A stretch of 64,000 nucleotides of DNA, from NCBI GenBank assembly GCA_946965045.2, contig OX337238.1, forward strand, positions 2,108,001 through 2,172,000. Direction: 5' to 3'. How positions within the stretch are numbered: the first letter of the stretch is position 1; the number at the start of each line of letters is the position of its first letter. Positions 1 to 12,715 of this stretch are shown here, piece after piece. The notes beneath the pieces were generated by a model that worked only from the letters and a program-made list of their open reading frames with translations, was not told the origin of the DNA and did not search any database. A program made the translations under genes and the position numbers. The stretch is from Epithemia pelagica (taxonomy: Eukaryota; Protista; Bacillariophyta).

Positions 1-1
1 T

Positions 2-1108
2 GACACCATTTTGGTCGAAGCCGGAGAGGATCCCTTTGGAGGAGCCGTGTCCCAAACAGCGCGGGCCATTTTTCAAAAAAAGGCCACACCGGGATGGGAA
101 TATTTTTCCCTGCCCACCAAGAAACACAAGAACAAGAAGAAGAACAACACGAAGCACGTTCGAGGTCCAGGATCCTTGTACAGTGGACAAGGTTCGGTTC
201 ATCCGGATGACGACGACAGTGCCACATCGTCCGACAAGGAATACGATGATGATGACGAATCGGAAGATCTCGATGACGAAAGTACCGTCGATGACAATGC
301 CAGTCATGCCAGTCAGTGGTCGTTTCGTCATCGCCGTCGTCACGCGGCGGCAGCTGGTTCCCAAACAACAGCACGATCCTCTACGACAGTACAACCTCGT
401 CTCAAGGCGGTCAAGTTTCATGTCTTTGAAGCAGCAGCACCCGCCACCACGGGGGGCGATAATGATGGTGAGAATGCAGTCGTCGTCCAGAATGAGAATG
501 ATCCTCCTCCCATGACAGTCTGGGTCTTTTGTGCCGTCTACAATCCCGACGCCACCACGTGGCACAGCCAATCCTCGGCCAGCATTTTGCGGGATGTGCA
601 AAGTTTTGTCCAAAAACTGGTTGGTTTGACCGAGCTGCCCCGTCAGTCCCATGACACCTGGAGGACGGGATCTCTCTTGGCCTGCCAATCCCACTTTTCG
701 GCCACCCTGTTGCAACGCATGCAAGAAGTCACGTATTGGGGCAAGGGTGCTCGCGTCATTGCCGGAGATCATCCTACGAACCAGGACGACGACAAGGACG
801 ACTATAGTGTTGCGCAATCGGTCGATGCTCGGGCCTTGATGAAGGCCAATATTGCCATTCTACTCAATCATCAGCAAACTCAAAACAACAATGACAACCA
901 CAACGACATGACCATGACGGACATGGACGAGATTCGATCCAAGAGTCGCCGATTGGTACAATCCGTGACAAAATTGCAACAAAAGTCTTGGCGCATGGTG
1001 CGACGCAAAATTCTCATGCAACAAGCCAAACATGGAGCCGTCAAGGGAACCATTATTTCGGCCGCCACAGCCTTGATGATTGTCCCGCCGCTCCTTGTTC
1101 TCCTCTAG
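2..1108 (+). CDS. 5'-partial longin/synaptobrevin-like (VAMP7-type R-SNARE) tail-anchored protein
   Basis: Frame is open from the window start. The C-terminus VAQSVDARALMKANIAILL...MDEIRSKSRRLVQSVTKLQQKSWRMVRRKILMQQAK aligns by eye with the synaptobrevin coiled coil and is followed by a terminal hydrophobic anchor (IISAATALMIVPPLLVLL). Confidence 0.5.
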   Translation, partial: DTILVEAGEDPFGGAVSQTARAIFQKKATPGWEYFSLPTKKHKNKKKNNTKHVRGPGSLYSGQGSVHPDDDDSATSSDKEYDDDDESEDLDDESTVDDNASHASQWSFRHRRRHAAAAGSQTTARSSTTVQPRLKAVKFHVFEAAAPATTGGDNDGENAVVVQNENDPPPMTVWVFCAVYNPDATTWHSQSSASILRDVQSFVQKLVGLTELPRQSHDTWRTGSLLACQSHFSATLLQRMQEVTYWGKGARVIAGDHPTNQDDDKDDYSVAQSVDARALMKANIAILLNHQQTQNNNDNHNDMTMTDMDEIRSKSRRLVQSVTKLQQKSWRMVRRKILMQQAKHGAVKGTIISAATALMIVPPLLVLL

Positions 1109-1632
1109 TAGTAGAGGGAGACAAGTTTGGGGCAAGAAACCCGTCTTGGACGGGGGGAATACCATTTGTTTGGGACCGTTTCGGAATCATGACATTCGAT
1201 ATAGGCTAGCATGATTAGTATTATGACACGCTACCGAAACGGACCACCAACAAAAGGAAGAAGAAGAATGCATAACAGAAAACGAGATCATTCTCGACAA
1301 AAACGAAAAAAACAAGCGCGTCATTGCAAGCTATATATCAGTGTTTTGAAGCAGGTATAAAATTTTATAGATACATGGATACATAGTATTATATCCAAGG
1401 GACACTGAAATGGAACCATTCCATTCCACACATTTGATTGATTGTTCGTGCTTCTCCACCAGCTACAGTATGCGTCGACAGGTTCACCGGGTTTTTACAC
1501 GGCATGCTTATCGACTCTCTCTCTACCTACATAAAGAACGACTCGACACAAACCCATTCCTACTGCTTACTACTACTACCACTACCACGACCATTTGCGT
1601 CCACACACATTGCCTTTCAAGGATGATGATAA

Positions 1633-4022
1633 TTAGGTTGCCCCCTTTGCTTGGTCTTGTTCGACCAACTCTTGGACGTCCTCCACGTGCACTTGCGGCA
1701 AGTCGTTGACGCCGGGACCAGTCGAGGGCACGACAAAGAGGGAATGTCCATAACCCGCGGCCAAATCCCAAACGGGAATCTCCTGCAAGGCGGGGACAAA
1801 GGTGGGTTTGGCACTGGATTTGGCCGTGGGCAATCCCAATTCTCCATGGGGACCTTGTCCCCAGGCCACCGTTTGGGCCAGGGCCGTGCAACACACGACG
1901 GTTTGTCCCCCCGCCGCCGCATGCGTCACGACATGTTGATTGTGAGCCAAGACATCAACGAGTTGGGGTCGCATGACGGCTTCTCCCACGGATCGATGTT
2001 TGCCCCAATAATAGACATGGCCCGTACTGGTTTGCAACAAACTGCAATGCGCACCGGCCGCGACGGACAAAAAGGGACGATCCGAAGAGGAGGACGACGA
2101 CGACGGACTGCCCAAGGGAAGTTTGGCCACCAACCCAACTTGACGAGGATAATATTCATCCTTTTGAATGCCATGCCCCAAACATCCATAATCGCCACAG
2201 CCAAACGAAAAAATGCGTGGACGTTGGTCGTCGCCGGAGGCATCCGTGGCTTCCACCACCAGGGTATGATGTTTGCCACAGGCTACTTGTTGCATCAAAA
2301 TTTCGTCATGATTCTGGATGGGAACCACCTTGGCCGTTTCATTGTTGGTATGCAATTTTTCGGTAGGTGCATGACAAAAGACGGACCGTCGTTCCAAAAC
2401 GGTGGCATTGGCAAAGGCCAATTTGTTGGCGGTAATAAAGTATTCCCCCGTTTCACCATTGCCCAATTGTCCATATTGCGACGATCCACAACTATACAAA
2501 TGTCCCTCTGTGGACAAGGCCATGGTAAAATCTTCGCCACAGGCAATCTGCACACACAGTGACCGACACACCACAAACACACAAAGGAGAGTATCGAAAC
2601 ACACACACACACAACAACAAGCACTGTAATGAGAACAAGGACCACAACGCGACAAACACACAGAAACATATGCATGCATCCACCTCTCATTCAACGTCTC
2701 TTGTTTCCACAAAAAAAACACCGTACCTGTGCCCACACGACATCCTCTTGGTCGAGACTGCATTTGCGCAATTTGCCAATCACTTCTTGGGAGGATCGGA
2801 CACTGCATTGTCCCGACTTGTTGGCCCCCACTCCATACAAGGTATTGTCGGTCAACAAAAAGATGGAATGCGACTTGCCACAGGCCGCTTGATACAAGGT
2901 GGTGGGCAAGTCGAGCGGCGTGGGATGATGGACATTTGCTGGTTGCTGCTGCGTCGTGTCCACTCCCTCGAGGGGTCCCAATTGATGACATTCGTTGCGC
3001 CCCCATGCATACGTGGTCCCATTGGCGGCTTGACAAAAGGAATGCACGGCATTGCAAGAGGTAAAGACTCGGACCATGGGAACGGGCAAGACGAGACGGG
3101 TCGGAATGGGACAGGCATAGACCGGCGCCGCTGACGCTGCAGTGGAGGATTTGGATTTGCTACTGCTACCACTTCCACCCTTGGTACGACCCACAATCGC
3201 GGCATCCAAGGTTCCGGCTTGCAACACCCACCCTTCCTTGTCATCATTCTTCTTTTTTTTATTGGACGATTTCGTGCCATGCGGCAAGGTTTGCCACGCC
3301 GTGGGCAAGGCATAGGAACGTCCACTACTGGTGGTGGTGACAGCCGTTTCCTCCTTGTCATTGTCGTCGTTGTCCTTGCTGGTCGTACTGCGACGCGATT
3401 TGCGAGTGCTACTGCGCGTCCCTGTACTCGTGGAATCAGCCGCAGCTGCATCCCCCTCGGTGGTTCCCTTGCGTTTCTTGGAATTGTCCTCCTCCTCCTT
3501 CTTGTCGTCTCCGCCCAGGACACCTTCTTGTTTCATAAAATCGGCCCAGGCCGACGAAACCGGTGTCGCCGCGGCCGCTGCAGTAGTGTTGTTGTCGTCG
3601 TCATTCGGCGCCAATCGTTTCGATCGAATGCCTCGTCCCCGTGACGTCATGACGGCTTGTACGGCAGCCAAGGGCAAGGTGTGGTCCAATTCCTGCGTCA
3701 ACCTAACCAAATCTTTGGCCGTGCCGTACCCTGGTGCTACAATGGGATCTTGATCCAACACTCGCGTCGATCGACGACGACGACGAGTCGAAGTAGTCGA
3801 TGCAGTAGTTGTAGTAGTAGTAGTGGATGTCGATGTAGTAGTTGGTGGGTGGGTGCTGCTCGTGCTAGTGGGTTGGGAAGTCAGAGTCTTGTTGTTGTTG
3901 TTGTTGTTGTTGGACTCGTCTTGTGGTTGTTGTTTGTTGACTGGTGGTTGATTTGGATTGGTAGGAGGGTTGTTGGAGGACGAGGACGATGGCAACAAGA
4001 CGGGTCCGTCGTGGGAGGACAT
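1633..4022 (-). CDS. RCC2: RCC1-repeat protein, RCC2/TD-60-like; join(4022..2727,2547..1633)
   Basis: RCC1 repeats (YAWGRNECHQLG, AACGKSHS, YSCGSSQYGQLGNGETGEY, FSFGCGDYGCLGHG, WGQGPHGELG). A phase-0 GT..AG intron at 2726..2548 joins the two ORFs; ATG at 4022. Confidence 0.85.
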
Positions 4023-4306
4023 TCCGGTGTGCGGATGCGCGAGGGTATAAGGTCTGTGTGGAAGCCACAAGGACACTGGATGGTCGTTCACTCTCCCTCT
4101 CTCTCTCTGTCTTTTTTTTGGAATGTCGTCGAGACTCTCTACCAAGGTCCAATGGTCGAGAACGTCTAATGAGTTTGATATTACTCGTTTGTATCAGAAG
4201 AGTCAGATAGAGAGGTATGGGCTCTCGATCCATCGTGCGTGTGGTGCACCAATGCACTCTCATGGTTTGTATAGCATGAAATTCGCCAAAAGGTAGGAAA
4301 TGAAAA

Positions 4307-4411
4307 TCCGCGATAGTATAGTGGCTAGTATCCCCGCCTGTCACAGGTGCTCCGCAATGGAGACTTCGATACTGCCCGCGGGAGACCGGGGTTCGATTCC
4401 CCGTCGCGGAG
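4307..4411 (+). tRNA. trnD-GUC: tRNA-Asp(GUC) with a 33-nt intron (4344..4376) at canonical position 37/38
   Basis: Acceptor stem TCCGCGA/TCGCGGA, A-box TAGTATAGTGG, anticodon arm CCGCC-TGTCA..CGCGG, B-box GGTTCGATTCC and a downstream T-run. Removing 4344..4376 gives a near-canonical eukaryotic tRNA-Asp. Confidence 0.93.
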
Positions 4412-4638
4412 CACTTCTTTTTGCCTTTTGTCCATGTCATCCAACGAACCACACAACTCTTTGTTTGGCAATTGTGTAAGAAACAACACAAAAGAGATCG
4501 GAAGATCTCTCTCTTTTGTCTATATCAACAACGACAACAAGGGCTTGGTCGGTGGTGTGTGACAGTAACGACATTCACATTCACTATAGCACCACCCTTG
4601 TTTCCAAAGGTGTTCCCAAACGAGTTGGATCGTGTCGA

Positions 4639-6518
4639 ATGTTTGGGTTCTTCTTCTTGTTGTCGGTGGTCTCGGCGGCAGTTCCAGAACCAACCACCAC
4701 CAGAACGACTCCCAACAACCGTGTTGTTGGCACACCCAACACCACCACAACGACAACAGAGCTGGTTCCAACGAATGATCAGCAGCAGTTGCTGCGGGGT
4801 GGTGGTGGAGGAGGAGACCTACAACAACAACCACAACAAGGCAGCAGGAACAGAATGCAAGACACCACTGTCAAGGATCCCTGGTCTCGCATGGGTGGAG
4901 GTGCCATTAATGAAAAACCACGAAGAGGAACCACACTGCATCATCAACAACCGCCACACGTGAAATCATCACTCCCACAACAAGCACAAGCACCACCACG
5001 AACCCATGGGTTTGATCCCCAAACGCACCAAGCTCATTTGTATCATGCCTTGGAAGGGTTGCATCGATATCCCAATTACTTGTCACGATTTAGTGATGAA
5101 TCGGATTTGGATGCCTTGGAACAAGCCTTGCAACAACAATTGCAAACGGTGCAATCGCAACGACAGAGGCAACGACGACACAAACAGGCATGGCAACAAC
5201 TCGTGGCAGACTATTGGAAGGAACACAACGACCGTACTGCAGCACCACCACCATCATCATCATCGCCACAACAACAAGACACAAAGGACCAACTCCACAC
5301 CGACAAGGACGACGACGACGACGACACCAAACAATTCAACGACAAGAAGAGAATGGACTTGTTGTTACAAGAGGGTCCCACTAGCTGGGAGCAACTCATA
5401 CACTATGTGTTGCATCCCCGGTTGGTCCAAACCCTTCTTTTCCAATCCCCCCAGTTTCGAGTGTCGTCTTCTTCCAACAAGAAGAAGAAGAAGCAGCGAC
5501 CGACGATTCACCAAGTCTTGACGGGTACCGTCTCGATCCACTATACGGCCGGGTCTTTGGAACAATTCTTGTATCGACATGGAGCCAATAACTACGACGA
5601 TGACGACGACGACGACGACAGCATGGACGAAGACAGCATGAATGACGACGACACTATGACCAGTGTTTCCTTTCCTCTCTTGCAACGAGAATTTTGCAAT
5701 GCCATTGTCCAGTATCGACAAGGCCTGGTCGATCGTGTCAGCAGACGGCAACAAGAACAAGAACAACAACTATCTTCTTCGTCGTCATGTCCCGACAGTG
5801 ACGACGATTGCTTATTGTTGGCATCCTTGCTTCGTCGTCCTTTGGATTTGGATACGATTGGTTTGTCTTGGATCAATGATTTGTTGTTGCAGTTGGTGGT
5901 ACGGCCCTTGGCGCGACACTTGTATTCCAACCATCACAACCACAACAAGGGCAATGGTTGGGACTTGGATTGGCGTCAAGGGTATATTGCCGCCTATGCA
6001 CCGCAACCCGGAACGACATGGGACAAACCACGACAGCACTTGGTCACTCATACCGACGACTCGGAAGTCACGCTCAATCTAGGATTGGGACCCCACAAAC
6101 GATTGCAGGGGAGTGGAGCGGTGGAATTGCGAGGCATTCGGGGCGGAACGGCCGAAACAGAAGGACGGTTGGTCCATTCCTATCATCCACGACAAGGTCG
6201 CGCCTTGTTGCATATCGGACGACGATTTCACAATGTCACACCAGTGCACCATGGGAATCGCTATGCCCTCATTTTGTGGACGCGCTCCTGTACGTATCCG
6301 TATCGACCTACTAGAGAGAGGAAGAGAAAGACGGCTTTCAAGTACGAAAGCATTGTGTTTTGCCTTTGGTGTGTAATAAGGACTGACTCGTTCCATATGT
6401 GTGTTCGAAATTCTGTTTTTTTTTTGCAGGGAATGGAGTCCGTGCCCAAACGTGTCCCTGTTGTTGGTTGAACAATCGACAAGACAATTGCTGCATTTGT
6501 GGTCCGCGATGGAATTGA
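4639..6518 (+). CDS. 2OG-Fe(II) oxygenase (OGFOD2/PLOD-like) with predicted signal peptide; join(4639..6289,6430..6518)
   Basis: HTDDSEVTLN (HxD), LHIGRRFH and RYALILW motifs. N-terminus MFGFFFLLSVVSAAVP is hydrophobic. Intron gtacgt..ttttgcag (6290..6429) yields the Cys-rich tail WNGVRAQTCPCCWLNNRQDNCCICGPRWN*. Confidence 0.8.
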
Positions 6519-6893
6519 TCGGAACATTCTCTACATATATAGAGTTTTGGACCCTCTCGCCGAAAGAGTCTCGACCAATGAGTTTGCAAGACCCAGCCTG
6601 TGCGAACAACTACGACGACGACCCAACGGAGTACTACGATAAGCTGGAAACAGAGGGATCTGTTCCTTGTGCGGATCCAACCAAACCGTGTCCAAGGCGG
6701 ATGGCACCCTTACGGAGGGACAAAAAACAAATTGAACCGCTTTCAGAATTCTGAACTACTCCTACCTACTCTACTTTTCATGGGTAGTATAACTAACAAT
6801 CCTCGCTTTCTCCTGCCCCCGTAATCTTTTCTTCCTCCCCCCTTTTTCTTTCACCTCTACTTCGCCCTTCCTTGTTGTAAAAGTAGCAACACC

Positions 6894-8717
6894 ATGACGA
6901 CCAAGGATATCACTATTGACGGCGAGGGTTTGGTCCTCTCCAGTGAGCAGGAATATGAGAAGTATGTAAATGATGAGAGCGTGAAGTTCCTAAGAGATAG
7001 CAATGGGAGAAGAATATACGGCTTTGAATCTCTCGTGGACGGCGGCACCTACACGGCTGTCCAGGCGGCACCTGCACCAGTGAGTTTGAATTTGTGATTG
7101 TGTATCTGTATTTGATTTTGAGATACTTGTCATTAATTGTTGCTTTGTCAGCTGACATGATGCTTTTGTTTGATTGTGGAACAGCAGCAGCTTTCAGTTG
7201 AGACAACAAATGAAAGCATCCTCAAAAGGAACGCAGAGCAAATCCTTGAGGCTCTGGTCGTTAAACATCGCATTATCGAAGACAGAGGGCGCCCGAAACG
7301 AACTCTTTCCTATGTATTAAAGAGCCATGCATTTTCCAACGCCATCACGAAAAATCGAATTTCCTGTGGGCACAATTTCTTCTTTCCATTGGAGGGAGCA
7401 ATAAAGACCACTGCTTTTGTGAAAGATGGACCATCAATCAAAGCAGACGAGAATACAACTCATCATCCTTATTTTCTTCGAGAGACCAAGAAGCTGATTG
7501 ACTCGGCTGAGTCGGCCAATATCATGATCCACCAGCGAGTATTCTGGACGAAAAGTGGTCACTGGCTCAAGCTGGATGATGGGATCTCGGCGGGTGTGGA
7601 ACCAGATTTCTGTACAACAGATCTTATTGCTGGCGATCCTTTGGTCGCTGCTCCGTCCGAAGGCGTAAAACTTCCCCCATCTAAGTACGATGTGGCAATA
7701 GCTTTCGAGCAAAAGAAGAGCTTTGTTGATTCCGACCAAATGGAGATTGTAGATTACGGAGAGCGAATACTTTGTATCCAAAGGGGGCGAGAAATCGCTT
7801 TCACAGCCTTGTTTCACTGTAGTGGAGGGGACAAAACCATCCGGTGGGCCAAGACGGAAGAAGTAAACGGCGAATTTATCACCAGGATCTCGAAACCAGC
7901 GTCATTGGAACCATATCAAGATGGGCAACGTCAGCTACTCACGATGTTGACAAAAACGTCCGCTGAGCTAGGCCGGAACTTTCCAAATTATGATCAGACA
8001 GAATGCTCTCAGAAGCTGACAATTCTGTATCGGGTTGGCGAGGGAGCTACCTCTACAGTCTACTTTGCAAAGCTGGGAGGCACAGAAGGAGTCGTAAAGG
8101 TAATGAAAAAAGGATTTGAATACCTAGCAGACCATGAGATGCAAATATTGGACCATCTTCAGCGGGAAAGTGTCCCTGGTTTGCTTTCAAGCACCAAGGT
8201 TACGGATGGCGTCCTCTTCTTCAACAAATTGCTACGACCATTCACAGGAACATTCACAGTCGACCAAGTCACTCATCTTTTGGACTGTCTGGAGCAGGCC
8301 CACCTAGCTGGTGTTGTCCATCGTGATGTCCGTCCCGAGAATGTAATGGAAGATGGACAGGGTAAAGTGTATCTCATAGATTGGGGCTTTGCCCGTACTA
8401 CCGAGTCAGATTCCTGCCCTCCAGAATTTGAAGGCACCTTTCGTTTCGCCAGCGAACGAGCCTTGGCAGCTGTTATTGATGGTAGCCCACGTCATCCCTT
8501 GCCCCAGGATGATTTGGAATCGTTAGTCAAGACTGTAGCTGCTGTAAATTCCGGAGGGCGGAGGATATGGAGAAAGTTGTCGGGAATAGGGCAAGGAGAT
8601 TTTCATGCAGCAAAAATAGCTTGGGACGAAGAACTGCAGCTGCACGTTACTTTACGCTCAATGTGTGAGGCAGCAGCGTCCAGCAACTACCAAGAGCTCA
8701 AGAACATGATTTATTGA
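6894..8717 (+). CDS. Crinkler-like protein: short N-terminal header + PD-(D/E)xK-like domain + protein kinase; join(6894..7079,7185..8717)
   Basis: Kinase motifs VGEGATSTVY, VVK, VVHRDVRPEN, LIDWGFA, GTFRFAS, DDLESL. Upstream EPDF...AFEQKK is a nuclease-like motif. Phase-0 intron gtgagt(7080)..cag(7184) with tandem CAG acceptors. Confidence 0.75.
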
Positions 8718-8974
8718 TTAGGAAAAAATCTCGACAACGAGCCATTCCTATAGCCGCACTCCCATCGCGATGTCCGAGCGCTTGCCTTTGTGAGCTCTCT
8801 CGATTGGAACTCAGTTGGTCAGTTGCGCTGTGCGCTAACAGCATAGCAATACCACCGGTTGCTGTGACAAGTTTGCCTGCACACACGTGTCCCTGTGCTG
8901 TGGCGCTAGGTTAGGTACTGATCATCAAGATTTCTAGGACTTCTGTCCGGTAATTTTTTCCGATATCCCAAAGT

Positions 8975-10418
8975 TTGTCCTATAAATTTGGGATGATGGA
9001 AATCAAACCATCCAGAAATGATTCAAGCTCAAACCATAAGGACTACGACAAGTGCGTCCTAGCAACATCTGCTACTGCTCTTGCTTTATCCTCAGTGTCC
9101 GACCAGGCGGAGATCAGATCTCTTGCAATTCCCTTCATTGTTGTAGAGGGGGGATTTTTGTCGCTCTATGTGACAAGACTGAACGAGAATGGTGTCCCTT
9201 TTGTCTCCTTGGTGAATCTACACGAAGATATCTACCAAAGTGATCGTTTGAATTGCCTTTCATCACCATCGGATGCGCGTTTGCGCAGCTTCGTAGCTTT
9301 AGCTGTTTTATTGGACGAATTCCTTGGAATCATGCAAAACTGCGATCTAGAAGCGTACCAACAGAGGAGAACCATTGAAGATGGAAGTAACATTTTCTCA
9401 ACAGGGGGAGCCACAAATCTGCAGGGCCAACGAAAAGGAGCAGACCGTCATCAGAAACAGAGACAAGCAATGCAACTCAGGGTACCGACAAAGAGATGGA
9501 AAGGGAAGCTTGCGAGGCGGCAAGTTGCCGCGGGAGGTTTAAAAATGTAGTTTACCCGTTCACAAGGTTCTTGATTTTTGGCGATGACGGTGTGGTTGAA
9601 TATCAGAGTAAATCGCCCTTTTACTTCAAAGGGGAATATGATCGTGAGCAGATTATTGATGTTATCTGTCCTGATTTGGTCGAGAAAGAATGGATGTTGC
9701 AATGGAGGGCGCACAGTTACAATGTCCCAGTTGCCTCGCCAGTCTCGAAGGAACTGATCAAATCACAACCTCAACAAGCTGGGCATGAGTATCTTGTCGC
9801 TGCAATGGAGTTTGTTGATTTTGATGAAATTGACACTATTGACGACGATGTCATTTCCTTTTCGGTTGCGCTTCTCTCCACTGTGAAAAGACTTCACTCA
9901 AAAGCGGCCATATTGCACTGTGATTTGAAGCCCAACAATGTGCGTTGGAGCAAAGGAGTTGTGAAGCTAATTGATTTTGGTCGTGCCCAATTGCTTGCCG
10001 ATGCAAGAATGTTCCAGGGACAAGGGGATACGAAGCACCAGAGGTCGAACGGGGAGAGGTACCAGCCATTGCTTCTGATGCATATTCTGTGGGTAAGACG
10101 ATTGGTTACTTTTTCGAACAAGTTCTCAAACGTGGGCATACTCTAGATTCCACATCTCTTGTGATCAAAACGACAGTGGATGGCTTGACAAGGGCTGATT
10201 CCATCGATCGCATGTCAGTTTCCGATGCACGTCAAATCTTATTGAATCTGGTGGATGCAGATGCCGATAATATCACTGCAAATACCGAGTCTTTGACGAA
10301 GAACCAGATGATTTACAAAGAAAAGACTGTGTCTCGAATTTCCTCGGAAGCTTCGTTACCGCAATCAAATTGCAGCAAAGGAATTTCAGTGAAGAGAAGA
10401 TTAGCCGAGATATCATAG
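8975..10418 (+). pseudogene. Second REase-like + protein kinase gene broken by two frameshifts (or assembly indels)
   Basis: GMMEIKP motif; ILHCDLKPNN and LIDFGRA lie in one frame, while GTRGYEAPEV and SDAYSVG lie in another (shift near 10010). A second shift falls between about 9390 and 9550, possibly in the G5 run near 9403. Confidence 0.7.
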
Positions 10419-12715
10419 ACAAGAGGAACGAGAGGAGGCTTATCGTAAAATGAAAGTTCTCTTCAGTTATTACGGATATCTCATTTTGCTCAATAGCGCA
10501 TAAATTATAGTAGGCTTACCTCATAGACTTCTCTTGTAGAGTCATACAGGTCAAGTCCCCTATGCGTTTAATCTTGTGAGAGTGCATTTATTATATTGCG
10601 TTGGCAGTCGGGTAGACGATTTGAATTGTCTGTTTTATGCATGGTTGAGGATCAATGGGAAAATCGATTTGCATCAGCTTTTGACGACCTTTATGACATA
10701 ATAGGTCGTATCACGTACATGGCACCAAACTGACTAATGGGGCAGGACATGAAAAGTCATTTGTCTGTCTGGAGCGTGGCATCGTATCTTTTCAGTTTTG
10801 CCGGGCGTCCCTGCTGGTGCAAATTGTTTCCACTCGTCTTGATTCATTGATTACAGTCAATATATGGCATCCGACTTTAACAAGTTGAATGGAGAATACA
10901 GCAAGATGGAGACATTGGTCCCATTCTTGCTAGTGGGCACCTTCCGACGATTCTCCCGTGCCTGAATGAATATTCTATCGTTTAGGAGGTTGGTTGTGAG
11001 GACGACAGAGTCGCTTTCGTGAGCGTATCTGAGGGAGGAGAAGGAGGAAAGTTTCCCAAGAGAATAGAATCCGGTGCTTGCACCAAGGATTGCAATTGCG
11101 ATACTTGATGCCATCCATAGAGTTACACATGTTGCAAGTGATGCAACCGTCGTTTGCCGTCTTTATCATAATCATCCTTTACATCATTAATGACTGGAAT
11201 GCCCGTGTGTCGAAATGTGGGTTGTCAATCGATTTTACTAGTTGCAGTGTAAGTGCTTGTGGAATCCGTTGGATTTGGGCAATGCTTTTTATCATCCATA
11301 GTTACGGAATCGTCGGGTAGTACTGCTGAAGAGGAGAGACTGGAATCGTTTGGTGTCTCCTGTTTTTCTAGTTCTGTACGCGTCTATCTGATGGAAGTTG
11401 TCCTCGGTTTCTCGTCGTTTCAAGGTGGATCTGCCGCCACATTCGTTTCGTGAGCCGTCTATACAAAGTCTCTTGTCTTGCTGCTTGCTGCATGTAGCTA
11501 CCGTATTTTTCGGATTCCTGTACCCCCGGAATGTGCATGGATCAGTGAGGGGGGTACAGGACCAAGAGAATTTTTACTATTTTTTTAAGATTCCATATGC
11601 AAGGTACAATTAACTTCATAGTGATAGTCAACTTCAACATCGGAGTAGTAGAGAAGAGTTGGTCGCACTATTCCAGTTAGGGGAAAGACCGTGCTTCAAC
11701 GCGTAGCCTTAACCCTAAGCATAATACCCATCATGCTGTTTCTCTTGTTTCTCCTCTTTGATTCACTCCCATTGAATGTCAGGCAGTGTGATAGAAAGCT
11801 CGGAACGTGAGGAATGTGGGGGTAACCCTATCACCAGGAAAGAGCCTGCAGATAAAAAGTTAAGGGGACATGTACATCGGAGGGGGTGGGGGGGTACGGG
11901 AATGCGAGGGGTACAAAACACCGAAAATTACGGTAGTGGGATTGTAGGTAGCTAGAGAGGCCACCTGGTACCTGGTGGGTACTCCTAGAGGTAGAGTAGA
12001 GAGGTAGATGGGACGGAAGGTGGCGTCTGTCTGTCGCATAACATTCGGAAGTAGAAGCGGTCGCGTATGGCGACGGGGCCACGCTCCTCGACGTCACAGA
12101 CACGGAGGACCCTTCGCTGTGATTGGTGCGTCGAATGGCCACGTCTGTAAAGGGTTCTGTACTCACCACGAGGGAGGGGCGATTCTGCGGTACGTGTGTG
12201 TCGAGCGTCGAGCCACCAAAGACATTAAAGTTGATGGAGGTTGTCATCCTCCTCCTCCTCCTCCTTTCCCGAGAGACACCACCCCAGCTGAGCTGAGAGC
12301 TGAGCGAGAGCCCTCTGGTGCTTCGCTCTATTGTTTGGTTGTTGCGTGTGTCTTCTGCCATCATTGGGATCTCCTCTTCTTCTCCCACAGAACAAAAGCA
12401 ATCATTCCCATCTGCTCGTTCTCAGCGCTACTGGAGGGGACAGATCGCCATCGTCTTGGGTTCTCTTACCAAAACAAAGAGGCGAGAAAGAGATCCAAGA
12501 TCATTGTTGCTCCCATCCTTGCGATTGCTCGTCTTACTTGCGCGAAACACAGCACCCTCTCCTACTCCTCAGTTGCAGTCATTTCTTTGTTGAGCGAGCG
12601 AGAGAGACACCCAAGTCCACCAACCACCAGTGTTCTGGCATCTCTGCGTTGCTGACAGAGTGCAGCCCTGCTTGTCCTTCCTCCTCAGACCACAAAATTG
12701 CTACTCCTAGCAACC

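Noticed and set aside
1651-3753. Long plus-strand ORFs opposite RCC2 (1651..2562, 2559..3134, 3219..3644, 3331..3753)
   Set aside because: Antisense shadows of a real coding region, with no recognisable motifs.
10857-12655. Several ORFs (11831..12388 minus, 12008..12655 plus, 10857..11114 minus)
   Set aside because: No domains, mutual overlap and no convincing splice model. A real low-complexity gene cannot be excluded without RNA-seq.
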